A stretch of DNA of 60,496 nucleotides, filler included, from Candidatus Woesearchaeota archaeon (GCA_046538795.1; 5 parts of 5 records of this genome joined end to end with filler, not necessarily neighbours in it); one strand, 5' to 3'; counted from the whole stretch's first letter, positions 38,260 to 48,986 are shown. Notes: generated by a model not told the origin, from the sequence alone. Numbers and translations: made by a program.

Positions 38260-39981
38260 TCACTTGTGTTTTTCGTGTTTGGGATGTTCGTGTCCTGCTT
38301 TTTTTCTTTTTTGAAGATGATTGATGTGAGCTATCTTTTCTTTTAAGAACTTGTTTGTGCTTAGCCTGTTGTTTTCAATCATTGTTGAAAAATGCTTTCC
38401 TCCTAAAAAATGAGGCATGATTACATATGTTGCTCCTTCATCATAAAGTCTTACTGCATCATCTATCTGGTGGGATACTACAGAGATCATTGCTTTTGAG
38501 TTTGTTTCTTTAACCTTGTTTATGATAAGCAGATTTGTATCTATTTCAGGGATTGTTGAAATCACCATCTTTACATTTGAAAAATTAAGCTCATCCAAAA
38601 GCTCTGAATCATTTGCATCACCATACATGCAGTCATAGTCTTCATTCATGAGACTGGTGATAACCTCAGGATCATAATCTATTATCAGGAATTTTTTCTT
38701 GATTTTTTTCAATGATTCAAGGATATCAAAACCAATCCTATTGTATCCGAATAGTATTATTTCATGATTTAGAGGATTATGATGCTTGCGCTGATCAACT
38801 TTTTGTCCTTTTCTTTCAAATATAGATAGGTATTTTGATATGGCAGGATATATTTTATTAGAATAAAGTATCATGTAGGTAGAGCCTGCAAATGTTATGA
38901 GGCCAACTGCAGTTACAAGTGATAGTGTCTCGTTTGTAAGGTGGCCTACAGAAACACCCATGGTTATGACTATAAGAGAAAATTCGCTTATTTGTGCAAC
39001 AGTTAGTCCTGCAAGAAAACTGTTTCTTTTTGTGTATCCAAAAAGTCCCATCAAGGTCATGACGATTAGAGGATTTCCAATCAGTACGAAAAGAGATAAG
39101 AGGATGATTATGCCTATATTTTGAAGGATATTTGAAAATATCATCTGAGATCCGAGCATTATGAAAAACAGTATGAGGAAGAAATCCCTTAATGGTTTCA
39201 TCTTTGAACTTATCTCAAAATGATAAGGAGACATGGATAATGTGATTCCTGCAAGAAGAGCTCCTGCTTCTATTGAAAAATTAAGATAATGGAATGCTGA
39301 TGCAACAAAGAAACACCACGCAAGAGAAAAAAGCAGGAGAAATTCCTGTGATCTTGCAATCACTTTCGTAAGTTTTGGAAGAACATATATTGTTATTATG
39401 AAAAGAACAAGTATTCCTCCCACACCTTTCAGAAGCGTATCTACAGCCATTCTTGTAAGATTCACTCCTGAATTAAGTGATGAGATTACAAGAAGAATTA
39501 GTATTGCGACAAAATCCTGTATTATAAGAAATCCAATTGATATTTTTCCATAAAGAGATTCAAGATCCTTCTTGTCAGACAAGAGTTTCATTATTACGAT
39601 TGTGCTGCTGAATGCAAGAGCTATCGCAACATATAATGAGACAGTGTTTGAAAAACCAAGGGCTTTTGCGATAAAGAATCCTATGGAAGTTGTAAATATG
39701 ACCTGTCCAAGTCCTGTGATCAATGATATCTTTCCTACTTCTTTTATGACTTTTGGATTTAGGTTAAGTCCAACCAAAAAAAGAAGAAGCGCAACACCTA
39801 TGTGAGAAAAAGCAGTGAGAGTATCAGTCGAATTAATAATGTTGAATACTACAGGTCCTGCAATTATTCCGCTTAATATGTAACCAATCACAGCAGGCTG
39901 CTTTAGAAATCCCAATATTCCTGTAGTTATTACTGTTATTACAAGTATCTTGCTAAGCTCAATAAAAATCTCTGGATTCAT
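38260..39981 (-). CDS. CPA2 cation:proton antiporter with RCK (TrkA-N) domain
   Basis: About 13 TM helices, SSTIV, QD, QISEFS; C-terminal GYNRIG. Confidence 0.92.
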   Translation of the reverse strand: MNPEIFIELSKILVITVITTGILGFLKQPAVIGYILSGIIAGPVVFNIINSTDTLTAFSHIGVALLLFLVGLNLNPKVIKEVGKISLITGLGQVIFTTSIGFFIAKALGFSNTVSLYVAIALAFSSTIVIMKLLSDKKDLESLYGKISIGFLIIQDFVAILILLVISSLNSGVNLTRMAVDTLLKGVGGILVLFIITIYVLPKLTKVIARSQEFLLLFSLAWCFFVASAFHYLNFSIEAGALLAGITLSMSPYHFEISSKMKPLRDFFLILFFIMLGSQMIFSNILQNIGIIILLSLFVLIGNPLIVMTLMGLFGYTKRNSFLAGLTVAQISEFSLIVITMGVSVGHLTNETLSLVTAVGLITFAGSTYMILYSNKIYPAISKYLSIFERKGQKVDQRKHHNPLNHEIILFGYNRIGFDILESLKKIKKKFLIIDYDPEVITSLMNEDYDCMYGDANDSELLDELNFSNVKMVISTIPEIDTNLLIINKVKETNSKAMISVVSHQIDDAVRLYDEGATYVIMPHFLGGKHFSTMIENNRLSTNKFLKEKIAHINHLQKRKKAGHEHPKHEKHK

Positions 39982-40069
39982 TCAATATATTTTACAAGGA
40001 AGCCTTATATAAATTTTTCCAGATTGCTGCACAATTTATATAAAGAATCACTACATTTCCAAACTCAAA

Positions 40070-40369
40070 ATGGCATTCAGCAAATCATTTCCAAGGAGAG
40101 GAGAAGGATCATATCCTGTTTGGGAGGATATATATCTTACTAAAGAGGAAGAAACAGAATCTGAAAACAAGGCAAGAAAAGAGAACTACAAGATCATGGC
40201 AGAATGCATAAAGGATGCACAGTTGATGTTTGAGAAAATGAATCTTACAAGATATCAGCCCGATATCATGAATGTTGCAACCTCATTGTTCGAAAAAAGA
40301 GCATCTCATGAGATATTCTTCAAGGAAGCCTTATGCAAGGAAAAATTCGACAAGAAGTACAATGAGTGA
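40070..40369 (+). CDS. Hypothetical protein
   Basis: 99-aa ORF with an upstream TATA box. Confidence 0.7.
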   Translation: MAFSKSFPRRGEGSYPVWEDIYLTKEEETESENKARKENYKIMAECIKDAQLMFEKMNLTRYQPDIMNVATSLFEKRASHEIFFKEALCKEKFDKKYNE

Positions 40370-40763
40370 TTATAGACGAAAAAGCAAGCAGAAGAATATT
40401 CCTAATCTTTATCTTTTTACACAGTTGTCTCTTATAGCCTATGGTGCATTTGCAAACACTACTGTATTCTTAAGCGAAAATCCTGTCTTGAGAAACAAGA
40501 TAAGCAACATAAACATAATAATAACAATCATATGGATGCTTTCAAATCTTATACTTTTCATATTTTTTAATACATTTAACTATGAAAAAGAAGCAAGGAT
40601 CTTTTCAGGGTACAACTTTCTGATAAATGCATTCAACCTAAGCAACATATTGTTCCAGTATATAGATAACTGGAGATTGTTGTTTTATTTTTCTGTAACT
40701 GTCAAGCTTTTTGAACTTACTGCATGCATAATACTTCTAAGGAAGAACAAGAACGAAAAATGA
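40362..40763 (+). CDS. Hypothetical membrane protein
   Basis: Four hydrophobic segments; overlaps the upstream stop. Confidence 0.6.
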   Translation: MSDYRRKSKQKNIPNLYLFTQLSLIAYGAFANTTVFLSENPVLRNKISNINIIITIIWMLSNLILFIFFNTFNYEKEARIFSGYNFLINAFNLSNILFQYIDNWRLLFYFSVTVKLFELTACIILLRKNKNEK

Positions 40764-41048
40764 TCATTTCTTATTGATATGAAGAAGCTTTTCTACTTCT
40801 TTTTCTGTCTTTGATTCAACAATATGCCCATCCTTGTTTGTCCTTTCAAACTTATCAAGCGCAAATATTGCTTCTGCATCTGCTCTTGCCATGGATATGA
40901 AAGAAGATATTCCCATCATGATGAAAACTATCATGAATGCAAAAGCCATGGAAGGCCATCTGTTCATCAGGTAAACAGTCGATATGAAAAATCCAAATAT
41001 CGCGATAAGAAGAGTTGAACTTGGTAGCGGTGCGTATTTTAATGCCAT
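40764..41048 (-). CDS. Small membrane protein
   Basis: Two TM helices. Confidence 0.65.
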   Translation of the reverse strand: MALKYAPLPSSTLLIAIFGFFISTVYLMNRWPSMAFAFMIVFIMMGISSFISMARADAEAIFALDKFERTNKDGHIVESKTEKEVEKLLHINKK

Positions 41049-41083
41049 AGTATGTTTTTGGAAGGCTGGATATTTATATTTTT

Positions 41084-42217
41084 CTACTTTGCTTTCAAAA
41101 TAAACTTATCTAAATCGTTTTTGGCAGCTTCACGTTTCTTTTGATGTTCTTCCAAAAATCTGGTAACTTTATCTATAAGAATGTTTTTTAGTTCTCCTGT
41201 AAGTAATTTCCCTGACTTGTAATCATCATATATTTTTTTAAGCTTTGAATCATTGTCTTCTAAGAAGGTAAGCCATTGGTAAGAGACATCGATATCAGGA
41301 TTTCCTCCTAATTCCCTGTGTTTTTCAATACTTTCCTGTCCTCCGGAAAATGCATACTTGTAGATCTTTTTCTTGACAGTTTTTGGATCATCTGTCGTGA
41401 ATATGGTTGCATTCTCGCCTGAAGATGTTGACATCTTTCCGTCTGAATCCATGCCTCCAAGACCTGGAAGAAATCTGCACTGTATAGATGCCGGCTTGTA
41501 ATATCCTAATTTAGGGATGACATCTCTTGAAACCCTGAAGTGAGGATCCTGGTCTATTGCATGAGGAATCAGGCATGGCATCTTTTTTCCCTTGATAATA
41601 CAAGGAAGAAATGCAGGAACAGCCTGAAATGATGTAAAGAATATTGAGCCGATGTTTGTTTCATTTGTAAAACCAAAACTTGATTTGACTGTGCTAAATG
41701 TGATCTTTTTTGCAACCTTCAAAGCTTCCTTGTACATTAGATCAGCATGCTCTGTATCGATTATTATATGCGTTTTCTTTGGATCAAAGCCCAGTGCAAT
41801 CAGGTCAAGAGCATTTTCTTTTGCCATGTTGTTTGTATCTTCTAAAGTCAGGTCTGGCTTGAAGAGGAATTTTTCATCGTCAGTCATCTGAAAGTATAAT
41901 TCAACATCAAAAACATCCTGAAGCCATTTTGTAAAAAACCAAGGAATCATGTGTCCTATGTGGGTATTTCCAGATGGTCCTCTTCCTGTATAAAGAAAAA
42001 ACTTGTTGCCTTTCTCATATTCGTCAAGTATGAACTTAAGATCCCTGTGCGCAAAAAAAATATTTCTTTTGAGATAATAGTGCGGCTCTTTTCCTGTTAT
42101 TTTTTTAATCCTTCCAACAAGAGCGTCATCTATCTTTGATACCCCAAACTCTTTGATTAGCTTGTCATAATCTATGTTTCCTTTCACTTCCCAGGGTGTT
42201 ACTATTGTTTTTGCCAT
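41084..42217 (-). CDS. trpS: Tryptophanyl-tRNA ligase (archaeal/eukaryotic type)
   Basis: VTPW, YTGRGPS..HIGH, IDQDPHFR, KMSTS, AFSGG. Confidence 0.96.
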   Translation of the reverse strand: MAKTIVTPWEVKGNIDYDKLIKEFGVSKIDDALVGRIKKITGKEPHYYLKRNIFFAHRDLKFILDEYEKGNKFFLYTGRGPSGNTHIGHMIPWFFTKWLQDVFDVELYFQMTDDEKFLFKPDLTLEDTNNMAKENALDLIALGFDPKKTHIIIDTEHADLMYKEALKVAKKITFSTVKSSFGFTNETNIGSIFFTSFQAVPAFLPCIIKGKKMPCLIPHAIDQDPHFRVSRDVIPKLGYYKPASIQCRFLPGLGGMDSDGKMSTSSGENATIFTTDDPKTVKKKIYKYAFSGGQESIEKHRELGGNPDIDVSYQWLTFLEDNDSKLKKIYDDYKSGKLLTGELKNILIDKVTRFLEEHQKKREAAKNDLDKFILKAK

Positions 42218-42227
42218 CTTTATCTAA

Positions 42228-42689
42228 TTACCTTGTTTCTTTATTTAAAAGTTTCTCAATAATAGCTTTTGCATTATCTCTTGTCGCAGGGAATGCAGCC
42301 ACTGATATCTTTATGTGATAGCAGTTTCCTTTGTCTGTAATTTTTGTCTTTTTTTCAAGCCAATTTTTTTTGTCAAATCTTATGAAAAAATGGTTGTGAT
42401 CGTCAAGTCTTGACTCAAGCTGCTTTTTAACCATCTCAATATCAATTTTGTCCATTAAAGAAACAAGATTTTCCAAAAATTGTTTGGTGTGCCTGTTTTT
42501 TGAAAGTATTGCCTTGTATATCTTAATTTTTTTCTCGTTAAAACCTAAAGCAGTGTCTTCTAAGAGTTTCACTTTTTCTGAAGAAAGATCAAACGGAAAC
42601 AATCTTAGAAATCCTTTTTTGATCTGCTCACCATCTTCATCTTCTTTTGAAAATACGGTTACCTCAATCTGATGTGCTATCTTTTCCAT
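42228..42689 (-). CDS. DUF54/COG1325-like RNA-binding protein
   Basis: ED...I, RLDD...FFIRFDK pattern. Confidence 0.75.
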   Translation of the reverse strand: MEKIAHQIEVTVFSKEDEDGEQIKKGFLRLFPFDLSSEKVKLLEDTALGFNEKKIKIYKAILSKNRHTKQFLENLVSLMDKIDIEMVKKQLESRLDDHNHFFIRFDKKNWLEKKTKITDKGNCYHIKISVAAFPATRDNAKAIIEKLLNKETR

Positions 42690-42743
42690 TGCATGTTGTA
42701 ATCCTTTTTGATATTTAACATTAATGATTTTTTAATCTTATTT

Positions 42744-42824
42744 AGTTTCGTATTTCTATAAATAATTATATGTTGTTATTTTATGCTGTATTTTCAGGAA
42801 TATTTATAAATGAGTTTCGTATTT
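42744..42824 (+). promoter_or_regulatory. Paired AGTTTCGTATTT sites (42744, 42813) around the TATA box of the first recombinase-like gene
   Basis: Exact 12-mer twice; the second copy is 2 nt after TTTATAAA. Confidence 0.6.
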
Positions 42825-42875
42825 AATTAACTAGTTCGTGTGAAAGTGTTTTTTATTTGTTTTTGGTTGTAGACA

Positions 42876-43916
42876 ATGAGGTTTGATTCCAGGGAAAAAG
42901 ATAGAGCCAGTACTATTTCTGATAGTCCTGAGAATCTTAGGAAAATATCTAAAGAGATTGAAGATCTCATTTCATCAGTTTCAGACCAAAGAGACTTTCT
43001 TATTCTTGAATTATTGTGGAAATTAGGGCTTAACGCGAACGAACTTGTAAACCTGAAAATATCAGATATATCTTTTTCTGAAAAAACACTTGAGATAAGA
43101 GCTGAAAATACTAAGAACAAGCAGGCACGAACACTTATTCTCGACGAAAAGCTCTTGCACGAACTAAGATCTTATGTTGAAAAAAATAATGTTTCTGGAT
43201 TTCTTTTCTCGACCAGGCAGAGTCCCAGATTCTCTGTAAGAAGGCTTGAACAGATAGTTGGCAATTATTTTCTTTCTGGAAATGCAAGACTCACCCCTCG
43301 TCTTTTAAGAAAAATATTCATTGAGAAAAGTCTTTCAGATGGAAAAGACAAAGAAGAGATCGCAAGAAAAGCAGGCATAAAAGACATAGCCAAAAAGAAC
43401 TATCTTACAGAAGATGAATACAAGAAATTAATCTCCAACATATATGAGAAAAAACATATTCTGTTAACAGAGATATTATGGCGTACAGGAATAACTGTAA
43501 ACGAACTGGTAAATCTGAAAAAATCAGATTTCTCATTTTCCCAAAACATCCTTATAATACGTCCTGAGATTACCAAGTCTGGGCTTCCGAGAGCAATTAT
43601 TCTTCCAGAAAAACTTTCACAGGATATTAAGTCATACACAAAAGATTTCCCGCTAAGATCATTTATTTTCTCTTCACAAAAATCACAGCAGATATCACCT
43701 TTGAGAGTAAGACAGATACTATCATACTACTCAGAAAAATCAGGGCTTGAAACTATTGCAACACCTCAGGTTCTTAGGAATTCTCACATAGCGAACGCTC
43801 ACACGAACGGCGAATCTCTTTCTTCGATTGGAGAGCGCCTTGGAATCAAGCAGATGAACACGAACACCTATGCAAGCCTCCTCTATCCTGAGGAGAGGAG
43901 GGCAAGAGGGACATGA
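42876..43916 (+). CDS. Tandem tyrosine-recombinase catalytic-domain protein, predicted inactive
   Basis: Two copies of L...G....ELVNLK..D and TP..LR; box I Arg is N/T, HxxR His is R/Q; no core-binding domain. Confidence 0.85.
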   Translation: MRFDSREKDRASTISDSPENLRKISKEIEDLISSVSDQRDFLILELLWKLGLNANELVNLKISDISFSEKTLEIRAENTKNKQARTLILDEKLLHELRSYVEKNNVSGFLFSTRQSPRFSVRRLEQIVGNYFLSGNARLTPRLLRKIFIEKSLSDGKDKEEIARKAGIKDIAKKNYLTEDEYKKLISNIYEKKHILLTEILWRTGITVNELVNLKKSDFSFSQNILIIRPEITKSGLPRAIILPEKLSQDIKSYTKDFPLRSFIFSSQKSQQISPLRVRQILSYYSEKSGLETIATPQVLRNSHIANAHTNGESLSSIGERLGIKQMNTNTYASLLYPEERRARGT

Positions 43917-46900
43917 GACACAAGGAAAATTATGAGGAATGTGTAAGAAAAGATTATTGCAGGCAGAGCCATATCCTGCCTGTAATCTTCTTTGTATTCT
44001 TTATGATGATCTCGACAGCTCAAGCTCTGCCTGGAATTAATCTTGAGACAGAATCTAATTCCCACTCTTTTGATACTCTTCCAATCCTCGGAACTACGAC
44101 TCTTCAGCATGTGGTTAACACAACCTACAATGGATCTGCTTTAGGAACAAGGCTTGATGTTGACTTTGTGAAAGGAGACTATCCAGAGACAAAGTGGTGG
44201 AACGAAAACTACAGGTATAGAAAGCCCATAAGCTTTACATTGCCTTCTGGATTTGATAATCGCTTTGCAGCAGTCATAAGGCTCAACATATCAGGTCTTG
44301 TCAATCAGGGAAGGATGAGATCTGATTATGGCGATCTAAGGCTTATAGAAAATGATGAATCAATACCTTTCATAATCGAGGATTCAAGCGAAGATGGCTA
44401 CATCAAGATAGTTATGAGGCTTCCAGATTCTTCCAGAGCAAGGAACATGGACATGTATTTTGGAAATCCGTCTTCTTCACAATTCACAGATACACAGACA
44501 GAGAGCATATACAGGTTTATCGATCATTTCACAAGCCTTTTCAAGTGGAACATAACTAAAGGAACATTTGCTAATCCTGGCGAGGTATTGACATCAGCAA
44601 TAAACACAGAAAGCATGATAATTTTAAACAACCTGTCCGGCTACTATGATGAAAGCAGTGCAAAGACTGAAGATAAGCCTTATGCATTCATGTACAGGAT
44701 GAGGCTTGGTGTTAACTCATCCTCAAGCTTCTTATTATCACAGAACCCGAACTTTTCAGGAAGCAAGGCAAATATCACATTCCATTCAGACACAGGAAAT
44801 GCAACAATTTGCATAGCCTCAAGCTGTACTGATCATATCCTTGAAATAGCTCCGGATACATGGTATGACGTGCTGATCAACGCCACAGGATCTAATATCG
44901 AGATTAATCTTGACGGAGATGCAATTACAGAACAGACATACAATTTTGATGATGTATACATGGCATTTGCAGCAAATAATAGATCCTATGTAGATGACTT
45001 TAAGATATACAAGAGATTATCGACAACAACAACTGCATCTGAAGATAAAGAACAGGAGATTTTGAGAAAACATTCAACAGTCACTGCAAACGGAATATTC
45101 GGCTGGAGCTATGGACTTACAGGAATGGCAACAGATACATTTTATGTAAGGACAACTGCTGAAAAGAACAACTACATTTCAAACTCAAGCGTAGATATCA
45201 TAAATACTGAATATAAAAAGATTAGGATATCTGTATCTGAAGAAGGAACTGTGACATCGATTGCTGCAAGACATATGGCCATGGCCGATGGTTCAATCAC
45301 ATTCAGGAATCCTAATTCAAGAAATGTCTCATTGTCAGTCGATTATGATACTGAACTGAACCTGGTTGATTTCTCTGATGAATATTTCACAGATAGCACT
45401 ATAGTCTTCTCTCCTTTGGAAGCAGACTCTTCAGTAAAAATCAATTATTATCTGCATGGAGTGAGTACAGAAAATCCTGTTTCAGGAATTAATTCAATAC
45501 TTGGAACTGCCATAAAAAACGCAGGAGGACTAAGCAATTATTATGAGTTCTACGAGAATTCATTCACTACCATAAAAGATGTAAAGAAAGTAGAGGTCGA
45601 AAAAGATTCTACAGGAAAAACTATTGAGACAACCAGAGAAAATACATTTGTCCTTGAAGGTCTTACTGAAGAGTATGCCGGATTATCTTTCCAGGTAAAG
45701 AAGACTGTGTCCAGAACAAGGGTAGAGCCTGGAGATATAATTGAAGTCAGCATAAAGGTAGATAATGTAGATGTTGTTTCAAGAAAGATCAATCTATACG
45801 ACAGGATACCTGATGAATTCGTCTATGTCGAAGGAGTAAACAGGGTGATAAGGGACAAGGTGAACTTATCATGGAACTTTGATATAAACAGGAAATCTTC
45901 AAGGCTTGTGAAATACCGCATGATGTATACCGGAAATTCAACAGGTCATAAGATATTTGAGGCTGCAAGGCTTGAATCTCTCATAGGAAATATAACTTCA
46001 CAAAATATAACGCTTTTCAGAGATGTACCAAGAAGCACGTCTGCGTATGTGCAAAAGAATATAGTTTATATTGATCAGGATACGGCAAAGATAAAGATTA
46101 CTGTTGTAAACACAGGAGATTACACTCTTAAGAACCTGAGAATTACAGAGATGATAGGAAATGCAGATGTGCATGAGGAGTCAAAACTTTCATTGCTTCC
46201 AGGAGAATGGATCATAAGAGAGCTTGCGCCAGGACAAATATGGACGCTTGAATATGTTTCAGAAAATCATGAGCTTATCGAGAATACGCCTCAGGTTATA
46301 TCTGAATATGTCAATGTCGATACTGTGCAGAACCTGATTATTGAAAATGAAGAACATTCTATTCTGTCCTCTGAATCTATATGGAAAGAAGAGCGCTCAA
46401 GCATGTTATCCTGGATCATATTTATAATACTTGCTTCAGAACTTGCAGCCATGTTTGCCTACATTTACAGAAATGTGACAGTCGAAGACATGAAAGGCGG
46501 AATCAATAAATTCTTTGTCGAGATTGCAATAATATGGATGAAGTTCAGAGGGCGGTTCAGCAAGCTCTATGAAAGGTTGCCTGCAATACCTAAGAAAATA
46601 TTGCTTATGATAAAGAGAATCGGAATGCTTGCCGTATTTGCGTTTAAGCATGTGGTGATATTTACAAGACTCTTCTTTGTCTGGCTTGCAGAGACCGTGC
46701 CATTCTTATGGAAGATATTTGACAAGCTAAGAAAGCTTAATCCTTCAGAAAAGCTTCTGTTCTTTAAAATGATGACTGACTTTGCCAAAGACAAGATTAA
46801 AAAGATGATCGACTCAATCAAGAAATTCTTTAATAGGGGCATCTATGATAATAAGATTAATGTAGAGAAGATAAAGAGCAGCACTCAGAAACCAGACACT

Positions 46901-47062
46901 GGCAAAAATAATAATCCTGGCAAGGGAACCGCAGAAACAAATGAAAATAATAAGGAAAGTTCATTGTCTGAATTTGATGTTAAAATGCAGAAAGAAGCCT
47001 ATGAGCGCTATAAGGAAAGCCAGAGATTGATAGAAGAGATGATGAAAGACATGAAGAAATGA
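43913..47062 (+). CDS. Large membrane-anchored surface protein (DUF2341-like, lectin-like and DUF11-like domains)
   Basis: Signal peptide; WWNENYRYRKPI...DYGDLRL...YFGNP; KTVSRTRVEPGD...YDRIP; C-terminal TM and tail. Confidence 0.8.
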   Translation: MRHKENYEECVRKDYCRQSHILPVIFFVFFMMISTAQALPGINLETESNSHSFDTLPILGTTTLQHVVNTTYNGSALGTRLDVDFVKGDYPETKWWNENYRYRKPISFTLPSGFDNRFAAVIRLNISGLVNQGRMRSDYGDLRLIENDESIPFIIEDSSEDGYIKIVMRLPDSSRARNMDMYFGNPSSSQFTDTQTESIYRFIDHFTSLFKWNITKGTFANPGEVLTSAINTESMIILNNLSGYYDESSAKTEDKPYAFMYRMRLGVNSSSSFLLSQNPNFSGSKANITFHSDTGNATICIASSCTDHILEIAPDTWYDVLINATGSNIEINLDGDAITEQTYNFDDVYMAFAANNRSYVDDFKIYKRLSTTTTASEDKEQEILRKHSTVTANGIFGWSYGLTGMATDTFYVRTTAEKNNYISNSSVDIINTEYKKIRISVSEEGTVTSIAARHMAMADGSITFRNPNSRNVSLSVDYDTELNLVDFSDEYFTDSTIVFSPLEADSSVKINYYLHGVSTENPVSGINSILGTAIKNAGGLSNYYEFYENSFTTIKDVKKVEVEKDSTGKTIETTRENTFVLEGLTEEYAGLSFQVKKTVSRTRVEPGDIIEVSIKVDNVDVVSRKINLYDRIPDEFVYVEGVNRVIRDKVNLSWNFDINRKSSRLVKYRMMYTGNSTGHKIFEAARLESLIGNITSQNITLFRDVPRSTSAYVQKNIVYIDQDTAKIKITVVNTGDYTLKNLRITEMIGNADVHEESKLSLLPGEWIIRELAPGQIWTLEYVSENHELIENTPQVISEYVNVDTVQNLIIENEEHSILSSESIWKEERSSMLSWIIFIILASELAAMFAYIYRNVTVEDMKGGINKFFVEIAIIWMKFRGRFSKLYERLPAIPKKILLMIKRIGMLAVFAFKHVVIFTRLFFVWLAETVPFLWKIFDKLRKLNPSEKLLFFKMMTDFAKDKIKKMIDSIKKFFNRGIYDNKINVEKIKSSTQKPDTGKNNNPGKGTAETNENNKESSLSEFDVKMQKEAYERYKESQRLIEEMMKDMKK

Positions 47063-47078
47063 TCTTAATAAATGTTTC

Positions 47079-47164
47079 AGTTTCTTATTTTTACTAAAAA
47101 AAGCTATTTGCTTTTTTATTTTTCTGTTTATATTTGATAATATTTAAATAGTAGTTTCTTATTT
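47079..47164 (+). promoter_or_regulatory. Paired AGTTTCTTATTT sites (47079, 47153) around the TATA box of the second recombinase-like gene
   Basis: Exact 12-mer twice; the second copy is 2 nt after TTTAAATA. Confidence 0.6.
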
Positions 47165-47183
47165 TTAATAATTAAGGTAAATA

Positions 47184-47705
47184 ATGTCTTTGGAGTATCT
47201 GGATTTTAATACATGGATCAGTTTATATCATTCTATTGAGGATTTTCGAGACAGAGTCATCTTTGGAATATTATATGGTGCAGGCTGCTGCGAGAAAGAG
47301 CTTGTAAATCTAAAGATAAATGATATTGATTTTAAGAATAGATGTTTATCTTTTCGCTCATCAGGCAAAAAAAGGATTTCTTATCTGAATAAAGAAATAC
47401 TCGAAAACATCAGATGTTATCTTAAAGAGAATAAGAATGCAAAGAAAGATGATCTTTTATTTGTGACAAGACAGGGAAGAGGGTTGAGCGAAAAAAGAGT
47501 GCAGCAGATAGTCTCTGAAGTTTCTCAAAAAATTATTAGAAAAAAAATCGTTCCAAAGACATTAAGATATACGCACATAGCTCATGCTTTATGCAAGAAA
47601 GTTCCAGTATATTCCATTTGCTGCCAGACAGGTCTTAAATCTCAGAGAATAATACAGATAGCTGAATATGTAAATACAGGAAGGGAACAAAGATATGAAC
47701 TATAA
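47184..47705 (+). CDS. Single tyrosine-recombinase catalytic-domain protein, predicted inactive
   Basis: RDRVIFGILYGAGCCEKELVNLKINDI (Arg to Cys), PKTLRYTH, QTGLKS. Confidence 0.82.
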   Translation: MSLEYLDFNTWISLYHSIEDFRDRVIFGILYGAGCCEKELVNLKINDIDFKNRCLSFRSSGKKRISYLNKEILENIRCYLKENKNAKKDDLLFVTRQGRGLSEKRVQQIVSEVSQKIIRKKIVPKTLRYTHIAHALCKKVPVYSICCQTGLKSQRIIQIAEYVNTGREQRYEL

Positions 47706-48986
47706 GAAACATAGATTTAGCGGAAAAGAAATATTTGGATATGTGTTCATGATAGTTGTTGCAATCCTTCTATTGATTTCTTCCGGAAATATAACTGCTG
47801 ATAATAATTCCACTTTCAATTCAAGCATCAACACAACAATCAATAAGAGCAACATGACTTTGCCTGATGAAGTAAACAAAACTGTGAAAGATTATGATAA
47901 TGAATCACAGGCTGATTTGACAGATCCTGGATTCAAAATAGATGTTGTGATATTAAACCAAAGCACTGTGAATTATGATGTTAATGAGACAATATTTTTC
48001 GATGTGAACATAACGCTTAACGATATAAAGATATATTCGATAAATTCATTTGTTAGAATTTATCTTCCTGACAACACTTCTTTGAATATTACCAGGACGA
48101 ATTTTACTGAGAAATTCAGATTTTCTCCAGAATATGAAGGAGAATACACAATAAATGCAGAATCTGTTTTCATGAACATGACTTATAATGATTCAAAATC
48201 TTTTTATGCAAAGATAATGCCTGCTCAAAATAATACATATTATATTGAGAATAATTCTCTGAATAAAACCAAAAATAATCTATCAGCACAAAACATTACA
48301 GAAGAAATAATAAATGTCACTAAAAATAGCTCTGCTAACATATCATCAACAATAAATCAGACAAATAATGATTCCTTGCCAAACTTAAAAGATGAACCAG
48401 ATCAAAATATTTCAGAATCTATTTCAGAGATATCAAAAAATAAAACTATGAACATCTATCATGATGGAGAATATAATTTTTCAATTGAATTTGCCGATCA
48501 ATATTTTTATGAACATGGTCCTATAATAATTACAGGAAATGCTTCTTCTTATCTTGAAAGCAGATATTATCCTAAGGATGTTAAAATAAGCATGTATACA
48601 TTAGATAATCCTAAGAAAAAAACTGTCTGCAACATACTCGTAAATGGAACAAATCAGTTTTATTGTGAAATGAAATCAAGCCTTATAGAACTTACTGATT
48701 ATGTAGTGGAGATCGAGGCTGAACATGATGGAAAAAAGATATATTTTGAGGATTATTTTGAACTTAAGCTTTTTGAAGAAAAAAAGATTAATCTTGAAAT
48801 ACTCCTTTCACAAAAAGTTGAATCTGCTGAAAAGCAGGAAATATATGTGAATGCTACAAAGGATGAAAAAACCTTATCTGAAGCTCTTGTAGGCATACAG
48901 ATAACAGATCCTGATGGTGTTGTTTACAGCTTGTCATCTGAAGAGGTAAGAGATGGTTTATACAAGGCTGAATTTTTTGGCCTTGT
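47695..48986 (+). CDS. Secreted/surface glycoprotein, 3'-truncated by the contig end
   Basis: Signal/TM helix, dense N-x-S/T sequons, Ig-like beta segments. Confidence 0.75.

Noticed and set aside
42876..48986. Integrated element or provirus suggested by integrase-like genes
   Set aside because: Catalytic residues are missing, and no att duplication, replication or virion genes are visible.
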